A DNA stretch of 64,000 nt from Nitrososphaerota archaeon (GTDB lineage: Archaea; Thermoproteota; EX4484-205; JAAOZP01): NCBI GenBank assembly GCA_011605725.1, contig JAAOZP010000012.1:32001-96000 (forward strand), given 5' to 3'. Both the position numbers and the translations under genes were made by a program. Each line of letters starts with the position of its first letter. The first letter of the stretch is position 1. Positions 48,168 through 57,607 of the stretch are shown piece by piece. The notes beneath the pieces were generated by a model. It was not told the origin of the DNA and did no database searches. It saw only the letters and a list, made by a program, of their open reading frames with translations.

Positions 48168-48541
48168 GTAGAATCGTAGAATATACTTGCATAATCTGCC
48201 CTTCCGGATGCTTGTTGAGAGTTGAAGCAGAAGAAAACCGTGTGGTGAAGGTAGAGGGCGCGGGTTGTCCAAGGGGCGTTGAATACGCTAAGCAGGAGTT
48301 TTCAGACCCAATGAGAATTGTTTTTACGGTGGTTAGAGTGAGAAACGGAGAGCTGCCTACAGTTTCCGTGAAGACAACTAGACCGATACCTAAGAATAAG
48401 GTTTTCAACCTTATGAAGATGCTCGCGTCAATAGAGCTTGAGGCCCCGGTTGAGATAGGGGAGATTATAGTTGGCGACGCGTATGGCGCCGAAGTGGTTG
48501 CTACTAGAAGAGTGGGAAGACGAGAACCTGTAGCCGGTTGA
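48164..48541 (+). CDS. DUF1667 small Fe-S/metal-binding subunit
   Basis: CIICPSGC...GAGCPRG; ATGA-coupled to the previous gene. Confidence 0.85.
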   Translation: MSRIVEYTCIICPSGCLLRVEAEENRVVKVEGAGCPRGVEYAKQEFSDPMRIVFTVVRVRNGELPTVSVKTTRPIPKNKVFNLMKMLASIELEAPVEIGEIIVGDAYGAEVVATRRVGRREPVAG

Positions 48542-48593
48542 CATACTAGGCTTAACAGTTTAAACAATAAGGCTTATTAGGAAAACGAACAGG

Positions 48594-49706
48594 TTGCCCC
48601 CTATGGATTTGGATGAAGCTTTAAAGAGGATTTTCGAAGAAGCTGGAAAGCTTATACGCAAATGCTTGTTGAAGGCTTCAGACGGGACAACTCTTTTCAG
48701 GCCAGACGGTGGAGGAAACTATAACGCGCTCTGGACAAGAGACTTCTGCTACATGCTTGAAGGTCTTCCAAACCTTATTCCGCACGACGATGCTGTCAAA
48801 GCCTATCTCTACATACTTAACCGTCAGAGGAGGGACGGGGCTATTCCAGATAGAGTTGACCCTGATGGGAAACCATATTACAATGTTTTAGGCTCAAGCC
48901 CTCCAACTGATAATCCCCAGTTCGCTGTCAAAATAGCGTGGAAAATATGGCGTGCTTATGGAGATGTCCACCCCTTCATCCTAACTGCCGACAGGCTTGA
49001 GAAAGCCTTAAGCTCACTTCCGTTGAGCAAGGAGGCTGATTTAATCTGGATCAGCCCCGGCAGCCCGCATTCATCCTACGGTTTTACAGACTGCGTTGCT
49101 AAAACCGGTGAAGAACTTTTTTCATCACTACTCCTTTACGAGGCGCATGTTAAAATGGCGGAGCTCTATGGTGCTGCGGGAAGAATAGAGGAGGCGAGGA
49201 TGCATGAGGCTAAAGCGGTAAGAGTAAAAAGCTCGCTGGGAAAACTGTGGTCTGGGGAAGGCTATTTCTTCGCAGCCTCCGTAGACTGTAGGCAACCTGA
49301 CGTATGGGGGTCAGCCTATTCCGTATGGGTAGAGGCGGTTGACAGCAGGAGAGCCCTGGAGATTTCAAAGTGGCTTTCAAACAGCTTCGAAAAGACAGTT
49401 AAATGGGGGCAGGTTAGGCATTTGCCTGAGCCCTTTGTCTGGGAGAAAACCCTCACGGAAATCAAGCCCGGCACCTATCAAAACGGGGCCTATTGGGGGA
49501 CGGCAGCAGGATGGGTTGCCCACGCTATATCGCTTACCAATCGTCAACTGGCTGAGCGAATGTTGATAGACCTGATTGAATTCTGCGAGGCAGAAGGGAA
49601 AGCGTGGGAATGTGTCAACCTGGATTACAGGAAGTGCCCGGACTACGTGGCTACTTTAGCCTGTCCCTCAGCAATAATTGAGAAGCTTAGGAATGACCGG
49701 ATGTAG
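48594..49706 (+). CDS. (alpha/alpha)6-barrel glycoside hydrolase-like protein (start probably ATG 48603)
   Basis: LWTRDF, YGFTD, YQNGAYW and WEC motifs of six-hairpin glycosidases. Confidence 0.72.
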   Translation: MPPMDLDEALKRIFEEAGKLIRKCLLKASDGTTLFRPDGGGNYNALWTRDFCYMLEGLPNLIPHDDAVKAYLYILNRQRRDGAIPDRVDPDGKPYYNVLGSSPPTDNPQFAVKIAWKIWRAYGDVHPFILTADRLEKALSSLPLSKEADLIWISPGSPHSSYGFTDCVAKTGEELFSSLLLYEAHVKMAELYGAAGRIEEARMHEAKAVRVKSSLGKLWSGEGYFFAASVDCRQPDVWGSAYSVWVEAVDSRRALEISKWLSNSFEKTVKWGQVRHLPEPFVWEKTLTEIKPGTYQNGAYWGTAAGWVAHAISLTNRQLAERMLIDLIEFCEAEGKAWECVNLDYRKCPDYVATLACPSAIIEKLRNDRM

Positions 49707-49724
49707 ACATGGGGGCGACTATTC

Positions 49725-50798
49725 ATGGAGCCGCGTGAAAGGGTTTACAGTGTTCTTAAAGGAAGAATGCCCGACAAGATCCCTTGGCTAATATATTCAA
49801 ACCATCTTCCGAGAGGAAGCTTTGAACGTAGGATGAGAGAAATGGGGCTTGGACTTGATGAAAGATGCAGCATATACAGAGTATCCATGCCGAACGTCAA
49901 GATAGAGAGCAGAACAGTGGGCGACTACGTTTACACTATTTACCGTACTCCGGTTGGTGAGCTGAAATCAACTACACGAATCGGAATGAGGTTTCAGTTT
50001 CCAGGCGGCTCGTGGACTGTTGAGCATCCTGTGAAAAACGCGAGCGACATCAATGCTTTAATGTTCATGATAGAGGACACGGTCTACGAGCCGGATTACG
50101 AGAACTATGTCAGGATCAGGGAAGAACTTGAGGGAGACGGGATTGTCACTGTTTGGGCTGACTACACGCCTCTTATGAAGATAATCATCAGATACATGGG
50201 TTTCAAAAACTTTTCAATCATGTATCGGAGAAACAGGGAGGTAATTGAGGAGCTGGTGGAAGCTCTGGATAAGAGTTTTCTAAAAATGTATAGGATAATA
50301 GCCGACTCGCCTGCTGAGATAGTTAGGATCGGTGATAACATTGACTCGATGCTCATATCTCCAAGCCTCTTCGAGAAATACTGTTTACCATACTACAATA
50401 AGTATGTTGACATTCTTCACGAGAAAGGCAAGATTGTTATTTCACATATGGACGGTAGGCTTAAAGCACTTAAAAACCTCATCGGAGAAACAAGGCTGGA
50501 CGCTATAGAGGCTTTCACACCCCCGCCTGGAGGAGACCTTTCCCCGAAGGAGGCTAGGGAAGCCTGGAGAAATAAAGTGGTTTGGATGAATTTTCCCGAG
50601 GAAGTGTTTCTGAGAACACCGGAAGAAATAAGGAGCTTCACATTAAGACTACTGGAGGAAATTGCTCCTGGAAAAGGCTTTGTAATAAGTGTTACTGAAG
50701 ATGCTCATCCAGACCACTATAGAAAAGGGATTGAAACAGTTACTGAAACACTTTACAAACACGGCGGCCTGCCGATAAAACCACCGCTAACCAGGTGA
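49725..50798 (+). CDS. UroD/MtaA-superfamily methyltransferase-like protein
   Basis: MEPRERV-PDKIP start, IGDN, ISPSLFEKY, SHMDG, GKGFVI. Confidence 0.8.
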   Translation: MEPRERVYSVLKGRMPDKIPWLIYSNHLPRGSFERRMREMGLGLDERCSIYRVSMPNVKIESRTVGDYVYTIYRTPVGELKSTTRIGMRFQFPGGSWTVEHPVKNASDINALMFMIEDTVYEPDYENYVRIREELEGDGIVTVWADYTPLMKIIIRYMGFKNFSIMYRRNREVIEELVEALDKSFLKMYRIIADSPAEIVRIGDNIDSMLISPSLFEKYCLPYYNKYVDILHEKGKIVISHMDGRLKALKNLIGETRLDAIEAFTPPPGGDLSPKEAREAWRNKVVWMNFPEEVFLRTPEEIRSFTLRLLEEIAPGKGFVISVTEDAHPDHYRKGIETVTETLYKHGGLPIKPPLTR

Positions 50799-50973
50799 CT
50801 AGAAGCCTAAGACTTGAAAAACTTTTTGTCAAAGCCGTTTTTAAAGCGAAGTTTGCTTGAAAAATACACCCGACTCATACGTGTCTAGCCCGGCTTACCC
50901 CTATGGGCAGAAACAGGACTACGGTAACCAAAAAGTTAAAATATTTTCAGTATTCTCGTGTGGATGAGGAGAA

Positions 50974-51729
50974 ATGGGAATAGCGTTGCAGCTCTACTCA
51001 GTACGCGAAGACTGCGCTAAGGATTTTGAGGGAACTCTTAAGGCAGTTGCAGAAATGGGTTACGAGGGGGTTGAGTTCGCAGGATATTACGAGAGAAGCG
51101 CTGAAAGCCTTAGAGCAATCCTTGACGATCTTGGTTTAAAAGTTGCTGGAACACATATAAGTATAGATACTCTGCTCGGCGAAAAGCTTGGTAAGACTGT
51201 TGAGTTTAACCGTGTCTTGGAGAACAAGTTTCTAATAGTTCCAGGCCTGCCTGCTGAAATGCTGAGTTCGAAAAAAAGTTGTCTTGAGACAGCCAATCTT
51301 TTCAACGAAATCGCTAGAAAGCTCAGGAAGGAAGGGATGAGGGTCGGCTATCACAACCATATGATGGAGTTCAAAACTGTTAACGGTGAGAGAATATGGG
51401 ACTTGTTCTTCGGCTCCACCATCCCCGAGGTAGTGATGCAGCTCGACACGGGGAACGCGATGCATGGAGGAGTTGATGCAGAGGGCATTTTGGAGATAAT
51501 TCGGAAATACCCAGGCAGGGCATTAACCGTGCACGTTAAAGAGTATTCCTCTAAAAATCCAAAGGCAGTGGTTGGAGAAGGAGAAATGAAGTGGCGTGAA
51601 TTCTTCGAGCTGTGTAAAACAACGGGTGGAACCGAATGGTATATTGTTGAGCAGGAGAGCTACGCCTATCCGCCTCTAGAATGCGTGAAGCGCTGCCTGG
51701 AGAACCTTAGAAGAATGAGGCTCGTGTAA
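50974..51729 (+). CDS. Sugar phosphate isomerase/epimerase (IolE/XylA-like TIM barrel)
   Basis: LQLYSVR, GYEGVEFAG, YHNH, LDTG, HVKE, VEQE. Confidence 0.9.
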   Translation: MGIALQLYSVREDCAKDFEGTLKAVAEMGYEGVEFAGYYERSAESLRAILDDLGLKVAGTHISIDTLLGEKLGKTVEFNRVLENKFLIVPGLPAEMLSSKKSCLETANLFNEIARKLRKEGMRVGYHNHMMEFKTVNGERIWDLFFGSTIPEVVMQLDTGNAMHGGVDAEGILEIIRKYPGRALTVHVKEYSSKNPKAVVGEGEMKWREFFELCKTTGGTEWYIVEQESYAYPPLECVKRCLENLRRMRLV

Positions 51730-51874
51730 GACTGTCTTAGATACCAGTTTTCAAATCATTTTTAAAAGACTAAATCAACCGTCTTAGTATATTAAAAGAA
51801 ACAATTAAAATGCTAAAATTTAAAAAGACACGATTAACTTAAAACCTTAGAAAATTGGAAGGAGGAGTGAACAG

Positions 51875-52663
51875 ATGAAAATAATGTACGAATTTATTCC
51901 TAAAGCAAACTTTTTAGATTTAGCTGAAGAAATAAAGGATTTAGTAGATGGCTTTAACATCACGGATAGTGCAGGAGGAATACCTGCCCCCAGTGCTACT
52001 GCAGTAGCCTGTGCGATTAAGATAAAATATCCTCAAAAAATAATAATCCCCATGCTAATTACTAATTATAAGGGACCTGTTGAAATTGCCGCTGCAGCAA
52101 GTGCTTGTGAAGCCTTAGATATTTATGGAATGGTGCCTGATCCGGGAGATGCTCCTAAATACGGATATCCGATAAGGACAAGAAGAGACGGAACCTGTGA
52201 AATGCTTTCCGATAAAGAGGAGATTGAAAGATTTAGACGTGCAACTGGTCCTGCAGAGGAAGTTAGAGATTTCCTTCGTAATATCGTAAAGATAAAAAAG
52301 CTAAAATTAGGCTGTCTTTTAACTAGCCGTAGACCAACTGAAGAGGCGGTTGCACGCATAAGAGATGCTTGGGATTTCTGTCTCTTCTTACGCTTAGAAA
52401 AGGCTTCTCTACCAAAGTTAAAGGAATTGGCTTTGGAGTGTAGAAATCTAGGAAAACCCATATATCCCTATTTTGTGGTCGAGACACCTAGAAATAAAAA
52501 GATTCTGGAAAGAATCGGATGGCCTTCTACAACAACCCTGGAAAAAGCAGAAGAATTTTTAGCAGAGCTTCAAGGCGTTGTAGACGGTATAATTTCAACT
52601 TGCCTTGGAGACATCGAGGCGGATAAAAAGCTGCTTGATAAACTGCAGAAATTTAGGGAATAA
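51875..52663 (+). CDS. Methylenetetrahydrofolate reductase-like flavoprotein (divergent MetF)
   Basis: YEFIP, DGFNITDSAGG-P, GDAP; adjacent to fhs. Confidence 0.6.
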   Translation: MKIMYEFIPKANFLDLAEEIKDLVDGFNITDSAGGIPAPSATAVACAIKIKYPQKIIIPMLITNYKGPVEIAAAASACEALDIYGMVPDPGDAPKYGYPIRTRRDGTCEMLSDKEEIERFRRATGPAEEVRDFLRNIVKIKKLKLGCLLTSRRPTEEAVARIRDAWDFCLFLRLEKASLPKLKELALECRNLGKPIYPYFVVETPRNKKILERIGWPSTTTLEKAEEFLAELQGVVDGIISTCLGDIEADKKLLDKLQKFRE

Positions 52664-52957
52664 AAGGAGAACTTATTTCGTTTACAAGGCGCTTTGAAAG
52701 ATGAAGCCATACTATTACAATCGAGCGAATAAAAAATGCTATAATATTTAATGATTTGATATAGTATGGATACGTGAAAACAATGGTCGATAAGGCTGTT
52801 AAAACGCTTAATGCCGGATTTCCATACGTGTGGATGGAAAGGAACTTGAAGAAGACATATAGAAGTCATTAAAAGACTGATGGCGTAGGGCGTTAATAGC
52901 CTCAGAAAGCCTTAAATGTCGGCTATTTGTCATGCATGAGAAAGGAGGCGTTGAACA

Positions 52958-54694
52958 ATGCCTGTGAAAAAAAGCTGGCCTGTGCCGAGCGACATTGAAA
53001 TAGCTTATAAAGCCGAGCTTCATCCAATTAATAAGGTTGCGGAGGACATTGGGATTCTGGATGAAGAACTTGAGAATTATGGCAAGTATATAGCTAAGGT
53101 AGACTATAGGAGCATTCTAAATAGGCTGAAGAATAGGCCTCGCGGCAAATTGATCATAGTAACTGCAATCACACCTACACCCCTAGGCGAGGGGAAAACA
53201 ACTGTTTCAATAGGTTTAGGTCAAGCATTCTACGAAAGGGGTTTTAAAGTTATTAACACTCTGCGCGAACCATCGAAAGGCGTCACCTTCGGAATAAAAG
53301 GAGGTGCAACCGGCGGCGGCTACTCTCAAGCCTTACCTATGGACAGGATTAATCTTAATTTCACTGGAGACATACCAGCAGTAGAAATTGCCCATAACCT
53401 TTGTGCAGCAGCTGTAGACGCCAGCATACTTCACGGAAATCCTTTAAGCATCGACCCCTTATCAATCGAATGGCCCTATTGCATGGATGTTGAAGCTAGG
53501 GCTTTAAGACGAGCCGTCATAGGATTGGGGGGAAGGTCAAACGGCTATCCTAGAGAAGCGCGCTGGAGCATAACTGTAGCGACGGAAACAGCGGCCATTC
53601 ACGCATTGGCAACTGGGTTGGAAGACTTGAGGAAGAGGCTGGGAAGAGCCGTCGTCGCCTACACCTATGATAGGAAACCGGTAACGTGTGAAGAGCTTGG
53701 AGTAGCAGGAGCAATGGCCGCCCTGCTCGTGGAAGCCATTAAACCTAATCTAGTTCAATCTACAGAGGGTCACCCGGTTTTAATCCACGGATTCCCGTTT
53801 GCCAACATAGCACACGGAACCAACTCGATCATAGCCGATCTAGTAGCTTTGAAGCTTGCGGATTACGTTATCTGCGAAACCGGGTTTGGCTCTGAATGCG
53901 GCTTTTCAAAGTTCTGCGACATTGTATGCCGCCAGTCCCCAGAGATAAGGCCTGACTGCGCCGTCATCGTCTGCACTGTTAGAGCCCTTAAAGAACACGG
54001 TGGCGCCTTCATGCTTCGTCCAGGAATGCCCTATAAGAAAGTTAAGAGGGCTGCGGAAACAGAAAACCTCCAGGCGGTTGAAAAAGGTTGTGAGAATTTA
54101 GCTAAACACATAGAAATAGTCCATAAATACGGTATTCCAGCCGTAGTAGCCATTAACAGGTTTATCACAGACAGCGAGAGGGAGATAAGGCTTGTGTGCG
54201 AAAAAGCCGTCGAGGCTGGTGCTGATGAGGTTGCAGTTGTAGACCCCTGGTCTAAAGGAGGAGAGGGCTGCCAAGAACTTGTTGACAAGGTTCTCGAAGT
54301 AATGAAGAAGCCTCGTGAACTGAAGTTTCTTTACCCCGATAAAGCCACCATCAAGGAGAAGATAGAGAAAATAGCTACTGAGCTCTATGGAGCCGGCGAC
54401 GTGAAATATTCTCCTGAAGCAGAGGAAAAGATAGAGTTTTACACCAGCCTAGGGTACGATGGGCTTCCGGTAAACATGGCTAAAACACCCCTCTCCCTTT
54501 CGCACGACCCTCTCTTGAAAAACGTGCCTAAGAACTATACGTTTCCAGTCAACGATATTTTCGTCTTCGTTGGAGCCGGCTTCCTCATACCGATATGCGG
54601 CGAAATACAGCTTATGCCCGGCCTCCCGAGAAAACCGGCTTTCCTAGGAATTGACGTGGACACGGAAACTGGAAGGATAAGAGGCCTCTTCTAA
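52958..54694 (+). CDS. fhs: Formate--tetrahydrofolate ligase
   Basis: TAITPTPLGEGKTT, GIKGGATGGGYSQ, PFANIAHG, AKTPLSLS, MPGLP. Confidence 0.96.
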   Translation: MPVKKSWPVPSDIEIAYKAELHPINKVAEDIGILDEELENYGKYIAKVDYRSILNRLKNRPRGKLIIVTAITPTPLGEGKTTVSIGLGQAFYERGFKVINTLREPSKGVTFGIKGGATGGGYSQALPMDRINLNFTGDIPAVEIAHNLCAAAVDASILHGNPLSIDPLSIEWPYCMDVEARALRRAVIGLGGRSNGYPREARWSITVATETAAIHALATGLEDLRKRLGRAVVAYTYDRKPVTCEELGVAGAMAALLVEAIKPNLVQSTEGHPVLIHGFPFANIAHGTNSIIADLVALKLADYVICETGFGSECGFSKFCDIVCRQSPEIRPDCAVIVCTVRALKEHGGAFMLRPGMPYKKVKRAAETENLQAVEKGCENLAKHIEIVHKYGIPAVVAINRFITDSEREIRLVCEKAVEAGADEVAVVDPWSKGGEGCQELVDKVLEVMKKPRELKFLYPDKATIKEKIEKIATELYGAGDVKYSPEAEEKIEFYTSLGYDGLPVNMAKTPLSLSHDPLLKNVPKNYTFPVNDIFVFVGAGFLIPICGEIQLMPGLPRKPAFLGIDVDTETGRIRGLF

Positions 54695-54884
54695 GCGCAC
54701 CGGTATCTGCTCACTGTTCTTCAAAATATTCTGAGCTGCTATGGTGAAGCGTCTGGAGAGAACTGTGTAGAAAGTAACACTCTTAGACAGGGAGACTGCT
54801 TAAACAACTGCTGCGAGAACAGTCTCCCCTAACCATTATAGGGTGAAGCTTTACGAACCTTCTAAAAGTATAAAAAGGGGATAG

Positions 54885-55808
54885 GTGAAATGGATGAGGA
54901 TGTTCAGGTTTAAGCAGGAACAGAAAATTTTTGATATTGCCGGCGTGAAGATTGGCGGCCAGCCTGGTCAACTACCTACTGTCATGATGGGAAGCATATT
55001 CTACAGTAAACAGAAAATATTTGAGGATGAGAAGGCGGGAGTATTCTCTAAAGAGAAGGCTGAAGACTTACTGAATAAGGAGAGGGAGATATCGGACAAA
55101 ACCGGTAATCCGAGGATTGTAGACGTATGCTGCACATGGCCCCAGGCTTTTGGAAAACTCATCGAGTTCGTGGCTGACAAGATCGATGGGCCCCTAGCTA
55201 TAGATGGAACCACTGAGGAGGCGAGGATTGCTGGAGCCAAGTATGTCGGCGAAGTCGGGTTGTCTGAACGCGTCGTATACAACTCGATAATGCCGCATAT
55301 TAAAGAGGTGGAGATAAACGCGATTAGGGAGGCGAGGATCAAATCCGCCGTCTTACTTACATATAACGCTAAAAACCCTACGATAACAGGAAGGATGCAG
55401 GTGCTTGACGAGCTTTTAGCATTAGCCTCGAAAGCGGGAGTTGAGAAAACACTGGTGGATACGACTGTCCTCGACATCCCTGATCCAGGACCAGTCAGCA
55501 AAGCCGTATACTTGGTGAAGGAGAAATACGGGTTGCCAGCTGGAGCGGGAACGCATAACGCAGTCCAGAGGTGGAACAAGATGCGTAGAATGGATAAAAC
55601 ACTTTTCTCAATCGCAAGCAGCGTAGCCGACGTGCTTCCAATATTCATGGGGGCGAACTTTGTAATATACGGGCCGATAGATAATGCCTCAAACGCGTAT
55701 TTCCACTGTGCACTGGCTGACGCTTACGTAGCCTATAGCGTGCGGCAGGAGTTTGGAACAAGACCGTTAACCAGTAACCATCCATTGTTCAAAATATTCA
55801 AAACATAG
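54885..55808 (+). CDS. mtrH: MtrH-family methyltransferase (methyl-corrinoid:pterin/THF)
   Basis: IGGQPGQLPTV-GSIFY, KTGNP, YNSI, GLPAGAGTHN, YGPI. Confidence 0.85.
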   Translation: MKWMRMFRFKQEQKIFDIAGVKIGGQPGQLPTVMMGSIFYSKQKIFEDEKAGVFSKEKAEDLLNKEREISDKTGNPRIVDVCCTWPQAFGKLIEFVADKIDGPLAIDGTTEEARIAGAKYVGEVGLSERVVYNSIMPHIKEVEINAIREARIKSAVLLTYNAKNPTITGRMQVLDELLALASKAGVEKTLVDTTVLDIPDPGPVSKAVYLVKEKYGLPAGAGTHNAVQRWNKMRRMDKTLFSIASSVADVLPIFMGANFVIYGPIDNASNAYFHCALADAYVAYSVRQEFGTRPLTSNHPLFKIFKT

Positions 55809-55852
55809 AGGTACGAGCAGTATAGACTCTTTAATTTGATTTTCATCCCCGT

Positions 55853-56461
55853 TTAACGAAGTATCCTAACCTTCCCATGCTCGACTACGATTCTTCCTTC
55901 CTCGAAGAGACGGATACCCTCAACTAAGGCTTCACCCTCAGCCTCTTGAACCCTCTTCTTCAAAGTCTCCTCATCATCATCCTCCCTGACTTCAACAGCC
56001 TTCTGTATTATTATTGGCCCAGCATCCATCTTCTCGTCAACAAAGTGGAGAGTACAACCTGTAATCTTCACACCGGATTTAAGCACCGCACGGTGTACGT
56101 TCAGGTCCCATCCTGGAAAGGCTGGGAGAAGCGAGGGATGAATGTTCATAATCCTATTCCTAAACTTTTCCACAAACTTGGAGCTCAGGATCCTGTTGTA
56201 ACCTATGAGCAGAACTAGGTCAACCCTCCTACGCTCAAGCTCTGAAGCGACCTGCATATCGTAATCCACGGGATCCTTACCCTTAGGGTCTATGAATATT
56301 GCTTCTATACCGTTCCGTCTCGCCCTCTCCAGTGCATACGCGTCCTTCCTATTGCTTATGAGGCAGACTATTTCAGCATTCAACTTCTTGTTTCTAATCG
56401 CCTCTAGAATGGGTTCCATGACGGTGGCACGGGTTGATGCAAGCACCCCTATTCTCAGCAT
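55853..56461 (-). CDS. purN: Phosphoribosylglycinamide formyltransferase
   Basis: NIHPSLLPAFPG, GCTLHFVDEKMDAGPII. Confidence 0.93.
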   Translation of the reverse strand: MLRIGVLASTRATVMEPILEAIRNKKLNAEIVCLISNRKDAYALERARRNGIEAIFIDPKGKDPVDYDMQVASELERRRVDLVLLIGYNRILSSKFVEKFRNRIMNIHPSLLPAFPGWDLNVHRAVLKSGVKITGCTLHFVDEKMDAGPIIIQKAVEVREDDDEETLKKRVQEAEGEALVEGIRLFEEGRIVVEHGKVRILR

Positions 56462-56467
56462 TTCAGA

Positions 56468-57301
56468 CTACGAGACCTCTGAGGCACATTCCACCAGATT
56501 GCGTATTATGGTTGCAACCGTCACCGGACCCACTCCACCTGGAACCGGGGTTATCGCAGACGCTTTTTGAGAGACGCTTTGAAAATCAACATCCCCAACG
56601 AGAGTGCCTTCAACGAAGCTGGTTCCAGCATCGATTACTACAGCGCCTTCAGCAACCATCTCGTCTGTTATGAGCCTTGGGACACCGGTTGCGGAGATTA
56701 AAACATCTGCCTTCAAAGTCTTCTCGCTCAAGTTTTTAGTCTTGACATGGCAAACAGTGACTGTTGCCATTCGCGAAGTTAGCATTGCGAACAATGGTCT
56801 TCCGACGAGAATACTGTTGTTCACAATAACAACGTCAGCACCCTCTACGTTAATTCCATACCACTCCAAAATCCTGATCACAGCGTTCGCCGTCGCCGTG
56901 GGCCTGGCCTCCCGACCAGATAACAATCTTCCCAGATTTATCGGATGCAGACCGTCAACATCCTTCTTAACGTCTAAGGCTTCTAATACGTTTAGGGTTG
57001 ACACGTTTTTCGGAAGCGGTAGTTGGACCACTATTCCATGAACACCCGTATCCTCGTTCAACTTCTTTATGAGTGAAATGAGCTCGGCCTCGGAAGGATT
57101 GTTAAGCTCATGCACCACTGCTTTCCCCCCTACAGAGTTGCAGGCTTTAGCCTTCATCTTAACGAAAGAATCTTGGGCCTTTGAGTCCGAGGCCTTTATA
57201 ATGTGTAGTGACGGCGTGAAACCCAGTTTCTCAATCCTTGTCTTAGCCTCAGCCAGCATCGCTTCAGCCACTGGCTTGCCGCTCAATATCTTACCCGCCA
57301 T
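56468..57301 (-). CDS. folD: Methylene-THF dehydrogenase/methenyl-THF cyclohydrolase
   Basis: VHGIVVQLPLP, KDVDG, VGRP, ATVTVCH, TPVPGGVGPVT. Confidence 0.95.
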   Translation of the reverse strand: MAGKILSGKPVAEAMLAEAKTRIEKLGFTPSLHIIKASDSKAQDSFVKMKAKACNSVGGKAVVHELNNPSEAELISLIKKLNEDTGVHGIVVQLPLPKNVSTLNVLEALDVKKDVDGLHPINLGRLLSGREARPTATANAVIRILEWYGINVEGADVVIVNNSILVGRPLFAMLTSRMATVTVCHVKTKNLSEKTLKADVLISATGVPRLITDEMVAEGAVVIDAGTSFVEGTLVGDVDFQSVSQKASAITPVPGGVGPVTVATIIRNLVECASEVS

Positions 57302-57607
57302 TGGGAATCACCTTGGCTCATTGTAAACCGTAAATCCCGGCACAAGACCTCTTAAAACAGCGCGCACTCCACGTGCTCTGCTGAGTCTTGCTCTCCAACC
57401 CTGGGGGTTACGCCCAACCCTAGTTTCAGCCTCATCAACCTTAACCAGTTCCCCGATCAAACGAAGCATCGTGTCCTTCTTCAGACAGAAGCATCCTTAT
57501 AAATGCTTCGATCCCGTTGCCCTCATCATCCGAAATTTTAATGAACCGTTTTTCAAGTTCAAATCCAGAATGAGCATGCGCCTTTAAAGCATAGATTCCT
57601 ATTATTC

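Noticed and set aside
54885-55808. Methanogenesis inferred from mtrH and the corrinoid protein
   Set aside because: No mtrA-G or mcr genes in the window; the context is THF-based.
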